From assembly GCF_004010195.1 (NCBI RefSeq), contig NC_057753.1:6619378-6683377 (forward strand): a stretch of DNA of 64,000 nt. The letters run 5' to 3'. Of the stretch, positions 37,280 to 49,274 are shown in pieces. The stretch comes from Chiloscyllium plagiosum. Taxonomy: Eukaryota. Numbering within the stretch: the stretch's first letter is position 1; every line of letters begins with the position of its first letter. Below the pieces are notes generated by a model. The model was not told where the DNA came from. It worked only from the letters and a program-made list of their open reading frames with translations, and ran no database searches. The position numbers were made by a program, and so were the translations under genes.

Positions 37280-37815
37280 TCAGATAATCTACTAACATTA
37301 ACAAGAAACTCATGCCTCCTTACACAATCAATGTCCGCCAACCGCATTTCTGGAAGACTGCAGCTCCAGCAACACACAAGAAGATTCACGGTGTGCAGGA
37401 CCAACAGTCAAATGTGACAATCAACACATTCAGTGCTTACTCTATTCGCCAACAACTCACATGACCAGCAATGAAAATCAACTGCAAGATAAAAAGTAGT
37501 AATTATTTTTATATCTTTCAATAATATCTCGCAAAAACATGACCACTAATTGGAAGACTAAGGAGAGCAGATGCAGAGAAAGCGAATCACATAGAAGTTC
37601 GCTTTCAAGCTATTTTTCGATGCACTTGTAAACATATCATTATTCCATCACTTCTGTGGGATAAAAGTTCTGTAATTCTTCTCCAAAAAAGCAATACTGT
37701 CTTTCGTGCACGACATGTAATGCAGATGGGCAAAACTGCAGATCCTAAGCACCATAAAATGTGCTTAAATCTGGACAACGAGCTTTGGAAGACACACCAA
37801 AGTTCATACTCAAAG
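37280..37815 (+). mobile_element. Very old LINE 3' fragment
   Basis: Weak resemblance to LINE post-RT/3' UTR sequence; no intact motifs. Confidence 0.35.
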
Positions 37816-39274
37816 AATACATTTTAAACAGTCCATTACTACCACATCTGCATGGCGAATACTTTTGAATCGGATCGGTGTTAAGTGTCCAAGGACGTCT
37901 TCCATACGTCCGAGGGCAAAAAGAGTTTCCAAGGTGAAAGTTGGCTGTTGGTGCTGATGTATTGTTGAATTCAGGGTGTCGGCTGTCCAGGAGGATGGTT
38001 TGTGCCCTGGAATGTTTTGCCAAGTTCAATGAATTTCTTAACACTTGCTGGCTTCAAAATCAGGAGACGGATAGTTTGCTAAGCTTCTGTATGCTGATAC
38101 GTGTCTAAATATTCGTGTTCATTACTCCAGGAATTCAATTCAAGTGAAGGTTATTTTATCGACAAAATGGGTCAATTTTGGTACTCACTTTGTTACAATT
38201 GAACTTATTGTGGGGACATACAATCTCAAGTAATGATCGAAAAAAGGGAACAGCCACCTGTTCTGGGAAGTTGGCAGAGTATGCAGATCCACATTTACTT
38301 TCATTCATTAAAGTGATGTGAGCATCACAGGTTAGGCACCGAATGACCATCTCTAATTGCCTGGAGAGCAATTTATTCACACATAACATTGTGGATGTGT
38401 CGTTCCATGGAGGCCAGACCACGTGAGTATAACAAGTTACTTTCTCGAAAGGACATGAGTGAACGATGCAGACTTTTCCTGAATACTCCATCGTTTCATG
38501 CTCATCATTACTCCTCATGTCCATGCTTCCAATGAATTTATCTTCCATCTTCTGTCATGAGAGATAAGGAACCAGATCCACAGGTCATTGCCCAGATCAC
38601 TGAAGCAAATATTTAGTGATAAGACTCATTGGCAATCTAATTCCTTTATCTTCAGCATTGATCAGAATCCAGAGAAGCAGTAACTAACAAGGAATTACTC
38701 ACTTTTGATGATCTCCACTCAAAGTGCTCGTTAAACTATTTAGACTTATAGCTCCATGGTGTACTCCAAACACAAAACTGAGAGGAAATGTTCATTTTCA
38801 AGGACAGCGACTAGGAGTGGGGCTTGTATTTATGATGCAAGAAAAATAGCAGAAAGTATTACATAATAGCAGAGAATGCATGTGATTTTAAAACTGGAGT
38901 GTCGAAATGACCGATTACGCATGAATTTGGATTATATGTAACTATGAGTGGGGGGTTGTGGGAATCTTGGACATTTGGCAGAGAACATACAAAATATTAA
39001 TGGCCTTCTGATTCAGCAGTCACTAATATGTGATATGGTGGCGAGATTCACTACTAAATACTTCCATCGTTGAAGTTGTCGAGATGCCTAAACTTGTACA
39101 AAGAAAGGGATTCAATGCCCTATCATTTATTTATTCTTATTACAGTAAGGATCCAATGTTGAGAACGATGGATTGATTCAATACGGTGGTCATTTCGTGT
39201 GGTCAATTCTAGAGGCAATTGTTTTTGATGACCCTCCAAAACCAAATTCCAGAATTTTGCATTCAATGAAAAAG

Positions 39275-39583
39275 TTATATCTATAATGTGGAGGAAGGCC
39301 ATCTGGCATAACACGAACACGCCGAGCCAACTATCGTTATCCCACCAAGTCCTTTCCCCCTACATTTCCCCACACAAATGCAACTAACCTACATATCTAT
39401 GATCATTTGGGGGAAATTAGCTTGGCAAATTCACCGACCTGCACATCTTTGAACTGTGGGAGAATATCAACGCAGACATGGGGACAAAGTGCACATCCAC
39501 ACTGACAGTAGCCTATGACTGGAATTGAACGTGTATCCCTAGCGCTGTCATGCAGCAGTGTTAACCACAGAGCCACAGTGCTA
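39275..39583 (-). mobile_element. tRNA-derived SINE (HE1/V-SINE-like), reverse
   Basis: Reverse-complement head taaccacagagccacagtgc, B box ggaattgaac, core acctgcacatctttgaactgtggga. Confidence 0.75.
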
Positions 39584-39964
39584 CAGAACATGCGTTTCCC
39601 AGTCTTTGTTTTACTAATCTCTGGTGTCTTTGTGTGAATGTTGAAGTCTTCTGGTAAATTTCAGTCTGTAACTGTGACTTATAAATTTGATGTTGTCAAA
39701 TGTTGCTGACGCCAATAATACATTGAGTATATAAAGGTGATTCATAGAGCAGTCTGCTGAACATGTTCTTCCCTGTGCCTTTTAAACGTACAAACTGAAT
39801 CGTTTAGAGATATTTGCTCTTCTCATGGACATGCATTAGACATGATTTAACATGAAATAACAACATATGTACCCTAAATTCCAACATGCGATGTCTGGTC
39901 TCATGCACGGTGAATATTTGGTTAATAACATCCGTTCCCTTCTTTTCGTTTTCTTGTCTTACAG

Positions 39965-40851
39965 TTAATCTAGCGGCGATTGAATTCTTGTGTGGAGGCA
40001 AGTGTGGTCTATCTCCATGCACCACTCGCTATTTGGTGGCTATGGCGGCGTCTGATCTGTTGTTCATTATTTCCGAAGTTTTATTTCGTCGTTTTACTTA
40101 TTATTATTATCCCCGGTGTTTCCTGGACATCACTCCTGTTTGCAGTCTTAACTATGCCTTGACCTGCTTGGCAATTGATTGTTCTGTCTGGTTCACTGCT
40201 GCTTTTTCGTTTGATCGATTTGTTGCTATTTGTCTTCTCCCGATGAAACTGAAGTATTGTACTGCAAAAACGGCGAAGAAACTTCTAGCAACAATCTGCA
40301 TTTTATTTTCTTTAAAAAACATTCCCAATTACTTTCGATATAAATGTGCAAAAATGATCAATAATGTTCCATTCTATTGCGTTACCACTCGCAGTTTTAT
40401 TGATGACAGTCGGTGGACAAGTTTTCGATATTTTGAAAACTTTTTAACACCATTTTTTCCTTTCACTTTTATTCTCTTCGTCAATGTTCTAACAGTAAGG
40501 CACATTTTTCAAGTCAATAGAGTGCGTAAGGGATTGACTGGTCATCGAAAAATGGAGACTGACCCAGAGATAGAGGGCAGGAAGAATTCTATGACTTTAC
40601 TCTTTGCCATATCTGCCAGCTTCATACTTCTCTGGTTGATGCATATTTTAAAGGTCTTTCAAGCCACTTATCACTTAGACAGACGTGCTTTTCGTCTCTT
40701 TGAATTATTTGCAATTCTTCTGCGGAACTTAAGTTGCTGCACAAATGCATTTATTTATGTCGTGACACAGAAAACATTCAGAGAGCATTTAAAGTATACC
40801 CTGAAATGTCCATTTATAAAACTAATTCAAAATATTAAGAAATCCAAGTAA
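39965..40851 (+). CDS. GPR139/GPR142-like class A GPCR, paralogue 2, coding exon 2 (intact; spliced protein 317 aa)
   Basis: Long polypyrimidine acceptor ...ttcttgtcttacag|. Open frame with hydrophobic TM segments: VAMAASDLL, PVCS, FSFDRF, KNIP, ECL2 Cys, LTP, FILLW, CCTNAFIY, helix 8 FREHL; TAA at 40849-40851. Confidence 0.93.
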
Positions 40852-42251
40852 CTGAGTGACAACATCGGATGTATCAAATAGTGGAGTGAATAGTGCAGTC
40901 GAGGAAGTGAAAGACAGAAAAAAGAGTGAAAAAACAGTAACTCACCTTTGGACATGGGCACGTAATGGCTCCATCTGCGAACCAAAATGAAAGAGACATA
41001 AGGGGCAAAGTAAGGAACATTACTGTTTCGCATAAGAAGCAATGTGTAGAAAGCAGAACAATAACATATGTGTAAGTGAAAGATAACATTTGCCAGTTCA
41101 AAACAAATCTTTAACAGAACCAATCATTTAGATACAAGCGAATTGAACAGATGAGAAGCGAAATCTGAAGGAAATAATAATTGTTTATCGCAGGTCAGAG
41201 TGAGAAAAAAACGAACGTCTGCCTTTCATTTTTTCCGTTAAATCTGCTGATGCACACAGTTAGACTAACATGAGAGAAGAAAAGTGCCAAAAGGAAATAA
41301 TGCAAGAAAACAGACTGCTTGGAACGTGCCATTTGTTAGAAAATATATTTTCAGCAACAATTAATTTGTTTATTTCCATTCCATTCGTCCTGGTTTGATG
41401 GCTGATATCACCGCATCTCTTTATATATTTTGTTCCACGAACAGGTAATGAGTTGGGGAACGAAAAACAAAGCCCGATCAAGAGGCTCAGTGCCATATTG
41501 TATCCGAAATGTAGGAAGGACTCGGATGTTGAAAGTGTCATCCTTAGTTTCTCCATGAAAAAGTATTGTGGCTGTCCCTAACTCCATCAAGCTAAACAGG
41601 AACTGACATTAGACGAACCATTTTTGTATTGTGCATTCTCATTTTGGGCCTGATGTGCATTGAAAAAGATGTTTGCATCATCATTAGTAATTGTTGTTTC
41701 CAGCAATACGCCTTTAAATCAATTACAACCTCATGTTATAAATGGTGAAACTGTTATTCATTCGAGTGATACCTCTGCAATTTTGTACATCAGTACCATA
41801 AGAGCTGGAAATACCAGATTACGAACGCCAGGCATTTAAGTCATTCAAATTTGTTCCGTGTTCCTGGTTTGCACATCCCAACAAATTCAATTCTGCTATC
41901 ACCTGTGAAAATAATGATTACACAGGTATATTTTCTTACAATTCATTGATTTTATTTTGTCACTTGTGTGTTCAAAAGACTCCAATACCATCTCAGCTTT
42001 CCATTATTTCCATGTACTTGGTTAAATCTTGATTTCAAAACTCTCCATGAAGGTGTTAGATGTGCCAGTGAGTTGCGTGGGTAACCAGCCAATGTGGAGA
42101 CAAAAGAAGTTATGGATATCATTGTATCAAGTGAAACTAAATTATGGATTTTTACAAAAATAGATAAAACCAATGGGAAGTCCAAAGATTCGGGGCAATT
42201 TTGAAAGCAACAAATCTGGTTAAGTATCTGGTCGGGGAAGGAGAGAATATG

Positions 42252-43500
42252 TCATAGAGTCATAGACGCAGCACAGAGAGAGGCCCTCCTGCCCAAACTG
42301 GTATGCCGACCAAAATGTTCATCGACATTATTACCATTTCGTTGCACGTGGCCCACATCCATCTAACAGCTTCGCATCCATGGAATTATCTGAATGTCAT
42401 TTATATGGTATTAATGTAAACGCCTGAAACACTTCCGCTGACACCTCATTCTACTTGCATATCATCATCTGTGTAAACAAGTTACCACTCAGGTTCACTT
42501 GTATTCTTTCCCCTTAAACTGATGACCTCTCGTCCACGATTCCACAACCAATGTCACAGTGAATTCACCCTATCCATGCCTCTCATGATATTATGCATTT
42601 CAACGAGATCCCCTCAGTGCCCTGCGTTCTAAAGAAACGAATATCATGCTTGCCTAACGTAGTGTCCTGACATACACATGAGGAAGGACACCACTTCGAC
42701 TGGGACAACACGTCCATGCTAGGACAAGCCAAACAAAGACGCGCACGAGAATTTCTAGAAACATGGCATCCCAACTGAAACTTGATCAACAAACACAGTG
42801 ATTTGCATCCTATTACCAACAATGAGCAAAATAAGAGGAAATGACATTATCACAGGAAATAATTTCACCACAGGAAATAACATCCCCAAACCAGGGAAAC
42901 ACAAACACATAATTAGAAAGCCGGCCATACCACCATTGCTTCATCCGCAGGCTTACTGATGATGTTACCTAGTAAACTGTTGAAACGTCTGAAAACGAAT
43001 CTTTCAGCTCAGCGAGCAAACCTACATCCAGAACATCAACTTGAGCTATAAACCTTCTCAAGACTGGTTATTAAACTCCATTTGCCATTTTTCAGCAGAC
43101 TTTGGCCCAGCTGATCATGGTCCTGCTGCAATTTCGGAAAACCTTCCTAGCTGTCCACGGCACCTCCGATTTTAGTGTCATCTGCAACATTAATAATCAT
43201 GCCTTGTACATTTTCATCCAAATTATTGATATAAATTACAAATAGCAATGGGCCCAGCACCGAACCCTGAGAGATTTCACTGGTAACAGGTCTCCCATCC
43301 GACCAGCATCGTTCCACTATTACTATCTGCTTCCAAACGAGAAACCATTCATGCATCCAATATGCCTGAGCCCACCACCACAACCCTCGACGGTTTTTTT
43401 TTGAGTTCTAACCTTTCAGAACAGCCTACCATTTACAATATCATCAAAATCCACATAGACACCTCAAAGACCCAGCCCTCGTCGAACGTACTGGTCACTT
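42252..43500 (-). mobile_element. CR1-type LINE fragments flanking a Penelope insert
   Basis: Tail tcatagagtcatag at 42252; minus-strand SQGSVLGPLLFVIYINNLD...VADDTKIGG (43147-43383). Confidence 0.85.
42662..43065 (+). mobile_element. Penelope-like element 3' end with hammerhead-like core (family 3)
   Basis: HTHEEGHHFDWDNTSMLGQAKQRRAREFLETWH...INKH (GIY-YIG C-terminus), followed by CTGATGA(42956-42962)...GAAACGTC(42982-42989). Confidence 0.85.
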
Positions 43501-43509
43501 TATAAAAAG

Positions 43510-46500
43510 AGAACAAAGAATGAAGAAGAACAAAGAAAATTTACAACCCAGGAAGCGGCCATTCAGCCCACCAAGCCTCAACCGATCGAAATGTACTGTC
43601 TAAACCTGTCGGTCAATTCCGATGCATCTGTATTCCTCTGCTTCCCACCTACTCATGCATCTGTCCAGACGCATCTTAAATGAATCTACTATGTGTGTCT
43701 CTACCACCTAATCTCGCAACGAGTCCCAGACGCCCACCATCCTCTATGATAAGTAATTGCCACGTATATCCCCCTTAAAATTTCCACCTCTCAACTTGAA
43801 AGCGTGACCACTCGTTATTGAATCCTTCACCCTCGGAAAAAGCTTGTAGGTATCCACCTTGTGTATACCCTTCATGATTTTGTAAACCTATACCAGGTAC
43901 CACTCAATCTCTTTTTTTCTAATGAAAATAAACTTAACCTACACAACTTCTCTTTATAACTAGCACTTTCCATACCAGGCAACATCCTTGGAAACTATAT
44001 GCCTTCTTGACCACTCTAATCCACCTGTGCAGCAACCTTCAGGGTACAATGGACATACACTCCCTCTGCCCATCAACATTTCCCAAGGCTCTTCAATTTA
44101 TTGTATAATTCACCCGATAATTAGTTTTGCCTAAATGCATCACCTACATTTGTCTGGATTGAAATCCATCTGCCACTTTTCCGCACAACTCTACAGTCTA
44201 TCTATATCCTCCTGTATTCTTTGACAGTCCCTTATGCTTTCTGCTACTCCACCAATCTTGATGTCATCTGCAAACTTGCTGATCATACGAAGATTGCCCT
44301 CTCACATATCACTTATGTATATTACAAACAACAATGGCCCCAAAACTAACCCCTGTGGAACACCATTGGTCCACTTTCTCCATTTCGAGAAACTCCATTC
44401 AACTGCTACTCTATGTGTCCTGTTGTTCAAACAGTTCTTAATCCACCTAGGTATAAAACCCTGCAGACAATGTGACCTCACTGTCTGCATTAGTCTACCA
44501 TAGGATACCTTACAAAATGCCTGACTAAAGTCCATGCAAATGACATCAACAGCCCTTCCTTCATCTATCAATCTGGTCATTTACTCGAAGAACTCTATTA
44601 AGTTGGTAAGGCACGATCTCGCCCGCACAAAATCATGTTGCCTATCACTGAGAAGCACATTATTTTCTCGATATAAGTCGATCTTACCACTCAGTACCCT
44701 CTCCAGCAACTTTCTCACCACCGACGTCAGGCTCACCTGTCTGCAGTTACATGGAATAACCTTACTACACTTATTGTAAAAGGGGACAACAGAGCAACCT
44801 TCCAGTCCTCCGGCACCTCACCTACACTTAAGGACGCCACAACGATATCTGTCAGGGCCCCAGATCTTTCCTCTCTCGCCTCCTTCAGCGACCTTGGATA
44901 CATCCCATCGGGTCCTGGGAATTTGTCCATCTTGATAACCTCTAGCCTACCCAACACATCTTCCCTACGTATCTCAACGTGATCCAGACTAATCGAACTT
45001 CTATCTCTAATCTCAAAATTCACCATGTTCCTCTTCTCGTTAAACACTGATGCAAAGTTGTCATTCAGAATCTCATTCATTCTCTCAGGGTGGACACACA
45101 GCTTTCCTTCATTATCCTTTAGTTTATCAATCCTTTCTCTAGTTACTCGCTTGCTTCCTTTTTAAGAATAAAATGCTTTGGGATTTTCCTTAATTCTGCT
45201 CGCTAAAGCTATTTCACGACCCCTTTTAGCCCGTTTGGTTCCTCATTTAAGACTTGTCCTGCGTTTGCGATATTCCGCCAGGGCCCTTTCTGTTCTTAGC
45301 TGGCTCGACATTATGTACGCTTCCCTTTCCTCTTGGCAAGTCGTACAATTTTTCCTGTCATCCACGGTTAACAAACCTTGCTCTTCCTAACCTTTGTCTT
45401 CGACGGGACATGCCTATCCTGCACTATCTTTAACCTATCTTTGAAAGCCTCCCACATCTCAAATGGGACTTCCCTTCAAATAGCTCTGCCGAATCCACAT
45501 TTCCGAACTGCTGCCTAATTTTGACATAATTGGCCTTGGCCCAGTTTAGTACTCTTCCATAAGGCGAAAGTGAGGACTGCAGATACTGGAAACTAGAGCT
45601 TAAATCAGAGTGGTGCTGGAAAAGAACAGCAGGTCAGGCAGCATTCAAGGAGCAGGAAAATCGGCGTTTCGGGCGAAAGCCCTTCATCAGCCCTTTTCCA
45701 GCACCCCAATACTCTTCCTTTAGGACCACTCTCATCTTTATCTATGACTATTCTAAATCTTATGGAATTGTGGTCACTGTTCCCAAATAAATCCTCCACT
45801 GTAACTTCTACCATCTGGCCTGGCTCGGTCCCCAGTAGCATTTCCACTATGGCCCCTACCCTCTTCGGACTATTGTCATACTGCTCTAGAAAACTCTCCT
45901 GGACGCTTCTTACAAATTCTACTCCATCCAGACCTCTAACGCTAAGTGTAGCCCAGTCAATGTTGTGAAAATTAAAATCTCTCATTACTACTACCCTGTG
46001 CATCTTCATCTTTCCATAATTTGTTTACCTATTTGTTCTTCTACCTCACGCTCACTGTTCGGAGGCCTGTAACACAGCCCCAACAATGTAGCTGCAGCCT
46101 TCTTATTTCTCAGCTCCACCCATAATAACTCACTACCCAAGACCTCCATAGCATCCTTCTTTTGCACAGCCGTGATATCATCCCTGACCAGCATTGCAAC
46201 TCCACACCCACCCCATCCCCACGCCTTTACTTCCCTTCATGTCCTGTCTGAAGCTTCTTCCTCCAGGAACATGTAGTTGCCAATCCTCATGCCCTTCCTT
46301 CCACCAAGTCTCTGTTATTGCAATAACGTCATAATCCGAGACCAATCCAAGCCCTAATTTCATCTGCCTTACATACTGAACTCGTTGCATTAAAGTAGAT
46401 GCATTTCAGGCCACCAGTTCTTTTGTGCTTATCTGTTCTCTGACTATTCTTCCCTTTATTAATGCTATCTTCCTCATTCTTACAGTCTCCAGTCTCCACT

Positions 46501-46740
46501 TCGCTGCCTACTTGTTTTCTCGTCTGGTTTCTAGTCCCCTGCCACATTAGTTTAAAGCCTACCCAAATCAGTAGTAAAAACTCCCTCAAGGACATTGGTT
46601 CTGGTCTGGTTCAGATTAGACCGTCCATTTTGCAATAGTCCCACCTTCCCCAAAACCGGTCCCAATGCCCAACATATCTGAACCCCTCCCTCGTACACCA
46701 CCTCTCAAGCCACGTGTTCATCCTGCCTAGAGTTTTACCT
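43510..46740 (-). mobile_element. Long CR1-type LINE (ORF1 3' end, EN, RT, tail)
   Basis: Tail (gaacaaa)n at 43510; GVPQGLVLGPLLF; MDFSQAFCKVSYG; KFPGPDG; VVMRDFN; DVIAITETW; ORF1 end NTWLERWC...MDGL. Confidence 0.92.
45565..45709 (-). mobile_element. Family-2 hammerhead-bearing insert in CR1 with TSD
   Basis: Minus strand CTGATGAaGGGCtttcGCCCGAAACGCC (45690-45663). Flanked by tactcttcc (45550-45558 and 45710-45718); short inverted cttttccagcacc at its 5' end. Confidence 0.85.
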
Positions 46741-47450
46741 AACGCTAACAAACTTGTAAGGCATGATCTCCAACACACAAAGCCCTGATGATTATTCCTA
46801 TTCAAACACTGTCTTTCCAAATGCATGAATGTTTTATCTTTTAGAAACTTCTCAAGCATCTTATCTGGCAGATAGTAGGCTTATTGGCCTATAGTTCACA
46901 CTATTTCTTTTCAGCATTTCTTGAGTAAAGGCATAACATTTCCTAACTTCCAGTCTTCTGCCACCTCACCCGTGGCCGACGATGATGCAAAAATATCAGC
47001 TAGGTCCCAACAATTTGTTCTCTCGTCTCTTGAAGTGTTCTTGGATATAGCTGGTCCTGACCAGGAGATATATTCACCTTCATGGATTCTAACGCATCCA
47101 AAACCTCCTCGACTCTAATATGGATTGTCCCCACGAAATGACCACAAAGTTCCTCAAGTTCGCAAGTCCCTCATGTCTTAATTCACGGATATTGCAGTGG
47201 ATAAATGATTATTGTGGACCTCCTCCAACTTTTGCACTTCTACACATACTTGGCTAAGTTGGCCCTTGAGGGGGCCTGTGCTCACTCCAGTTACTCCTCT
47301 TCCTTTTATATTCAGAAAAAACTCTTTGGATTCACTGTGATCTTCTTCGACAAGTCTATCTCTTGCACCATTTTCGCCCTCGTTGTTTACTTCTTCAGTA
47401 AATTCCTGTATCCCCTGTGTACTACCAGGGATTCCTTTATCCCAAGTGAC
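46741..47450 (-). mobile_element. Separate CR1-type ORF2 fragment
   Basis: MLEKFLKDKTFMHLERQCLNRNNHQGFVCWRSCLTSL. Confidence 0.75.
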
Positions 47451-47454
47451 AGTT

Positions 47455-48600
47455 CAACGCCAGAAGGATGCATTCAGTAGTAAGGGAAAGTAATTGGTAA
47501 AGCAACTCAAGGCAAGAAGTTTAACAATCCCATTGTTTCATTGTTGGACATTTCTCGTCATCAAATACTGGAAGTGTGACAGGCAGTTTGATATCTGAAT
47601 AAAAGTGGAGGAATGGAGAATGCTGGTGGTGAGGTCGAGCTGGGCATTGTCAGTATAAATTTGAAAACTAATATGAAGATTACAGGAGCAGATGAGAGGA
47701 TTACAACGAGCTGGTATGTGAATGCAATTAAGCTGAGGCATTCAAGTACGCTAAAATTAAAAAGTATATATTCAGTGACTATTATTTCTGCCAAATAAGC
47801 CATACACTTGCCCAAAACATTCAGGATTGATTACGTGCACAGATAATTCCAAATGAGGCACATACCTGACACAGACAGCAGGGAACAAAACAGCTCAGAC
47901 ACACCCTGTTTGTTCAACATAGCTTCGAAATAACCGCTGCAAAATAATTCCACTTCATACATCAGGGGACTTGGTGGAAACGTCGCCTCGAGTTTGAACC
48001 TGTCCAAGGTAATGACGTTTGGGGTTAGTCATAAAGATCAGAATAGGTAAATACTGTAGTCTTTAGTTAAATGTGTGTGTTATTGTTTGCAGTGTTTATG
48101 CATTATATTAATTACGTTTTATAGAGCTGCAAATTTCTCCGCTGTATCTTCATCAATTTTTGTGCTGTTATCTCTGACAGAAGCGCAATTGAGCTTCTGA
48201 ACAATGTCACCTTCTGGTAACATGTAAGTTAGAAACAGGAGAGAGCAGGGATAGACCTTTGAGGGGCAGCAAGTACAAGGATTTTGGAGAGGAAAGGGAG
48301 TGGAGATCGGGTGGGATTTTCGAAGGTCTTTGAGTCCTGAGATTGATTGTTACTTTTTACAGAAAAGGTGAGAAGGGCAAGCTAGAAACGAAAGACAAAG
48401 AGAACAAGTACCAATATCTGTAAGTTGACGAGGGAAGAAATAAGACCAAAAAGAAGGAGGAGATCGACTGCAAGATAGACTTAGAATGTATATAGTCAAA
48501 TGATAATAAAGTAAACGGTCAAGTTCAGTTATGATACGGCTTAACCACAGATAGGAGAACCACCGGAAATAAATAAAATTTTTAGGACTAAATGACAACT
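47455..48600 (-). mobile_element. Possible very old L2-like LINE remnants
   Basis: Minus-strand IYTDNAQL resembles the RT YADDTQL motif; otherwise heavily decayed. Confidence 0.4.
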
Positions 48601-49274
48601 AACTTTCACATCTGTTTTGATAGTAGATGTGGAAGGGGGAAAAATAGGAGAAGTGGCTGATAGGCATGTCCCAATCTGTGTCGCACGGAAACGTGATGTG
48701 TTTCTTTGACTTGCTGTTAAAGGGGCACATGGGCAACGTTCCAGAAAGAAACAAAAGACAGTGTTGCTGATATTTAAATGCGCAATAAGTGTGATTTATC
48801 TGAGATTTACCCAGAATATTAAAACGTACAATGAAAGTCCAGATTATAATCGTACTATGGTAATTATGAGAAAATGAATTCAAACAAATATGTATGTATA
48901 CTAATTGCCATGAAACTATTGCCATTTGTCAGTCAAAACTTAGCTTTTTCCACAGAAGGAAATGAAACTTTCTCACCTGGTCTGGCCTAAATATGATTCT
49001 AGAGTCAGAGCAATGTGGTTGACACTCAACTGCCCTTTCGACCCTGCAACGTCGTTCTTCTTATCATATGGGGACTAGTGCCAAAATCGTGAGAGCTGTC
49101 TCACAAAATATTCAAATTGCAGCCTGACGTCGTAATATTCACGAAATCATTCCTTGCAGTGACCCAGACACAGCCATCAGCATTCCTGAATATGTCCTGT
49201 CACATCAGCAGTACAAAACCTGCAGAGGTGGTGGGACATTGATATGCAGAGCGCAGGAATTGCCCTGCGAGTCA

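Noticed and set aside
39886..39964. Start of ORF 39886..40851 as a single-exon gene
   Set aside because: This segment is the polypyrimidine tract; the homologous first exon is at 32451-32517.
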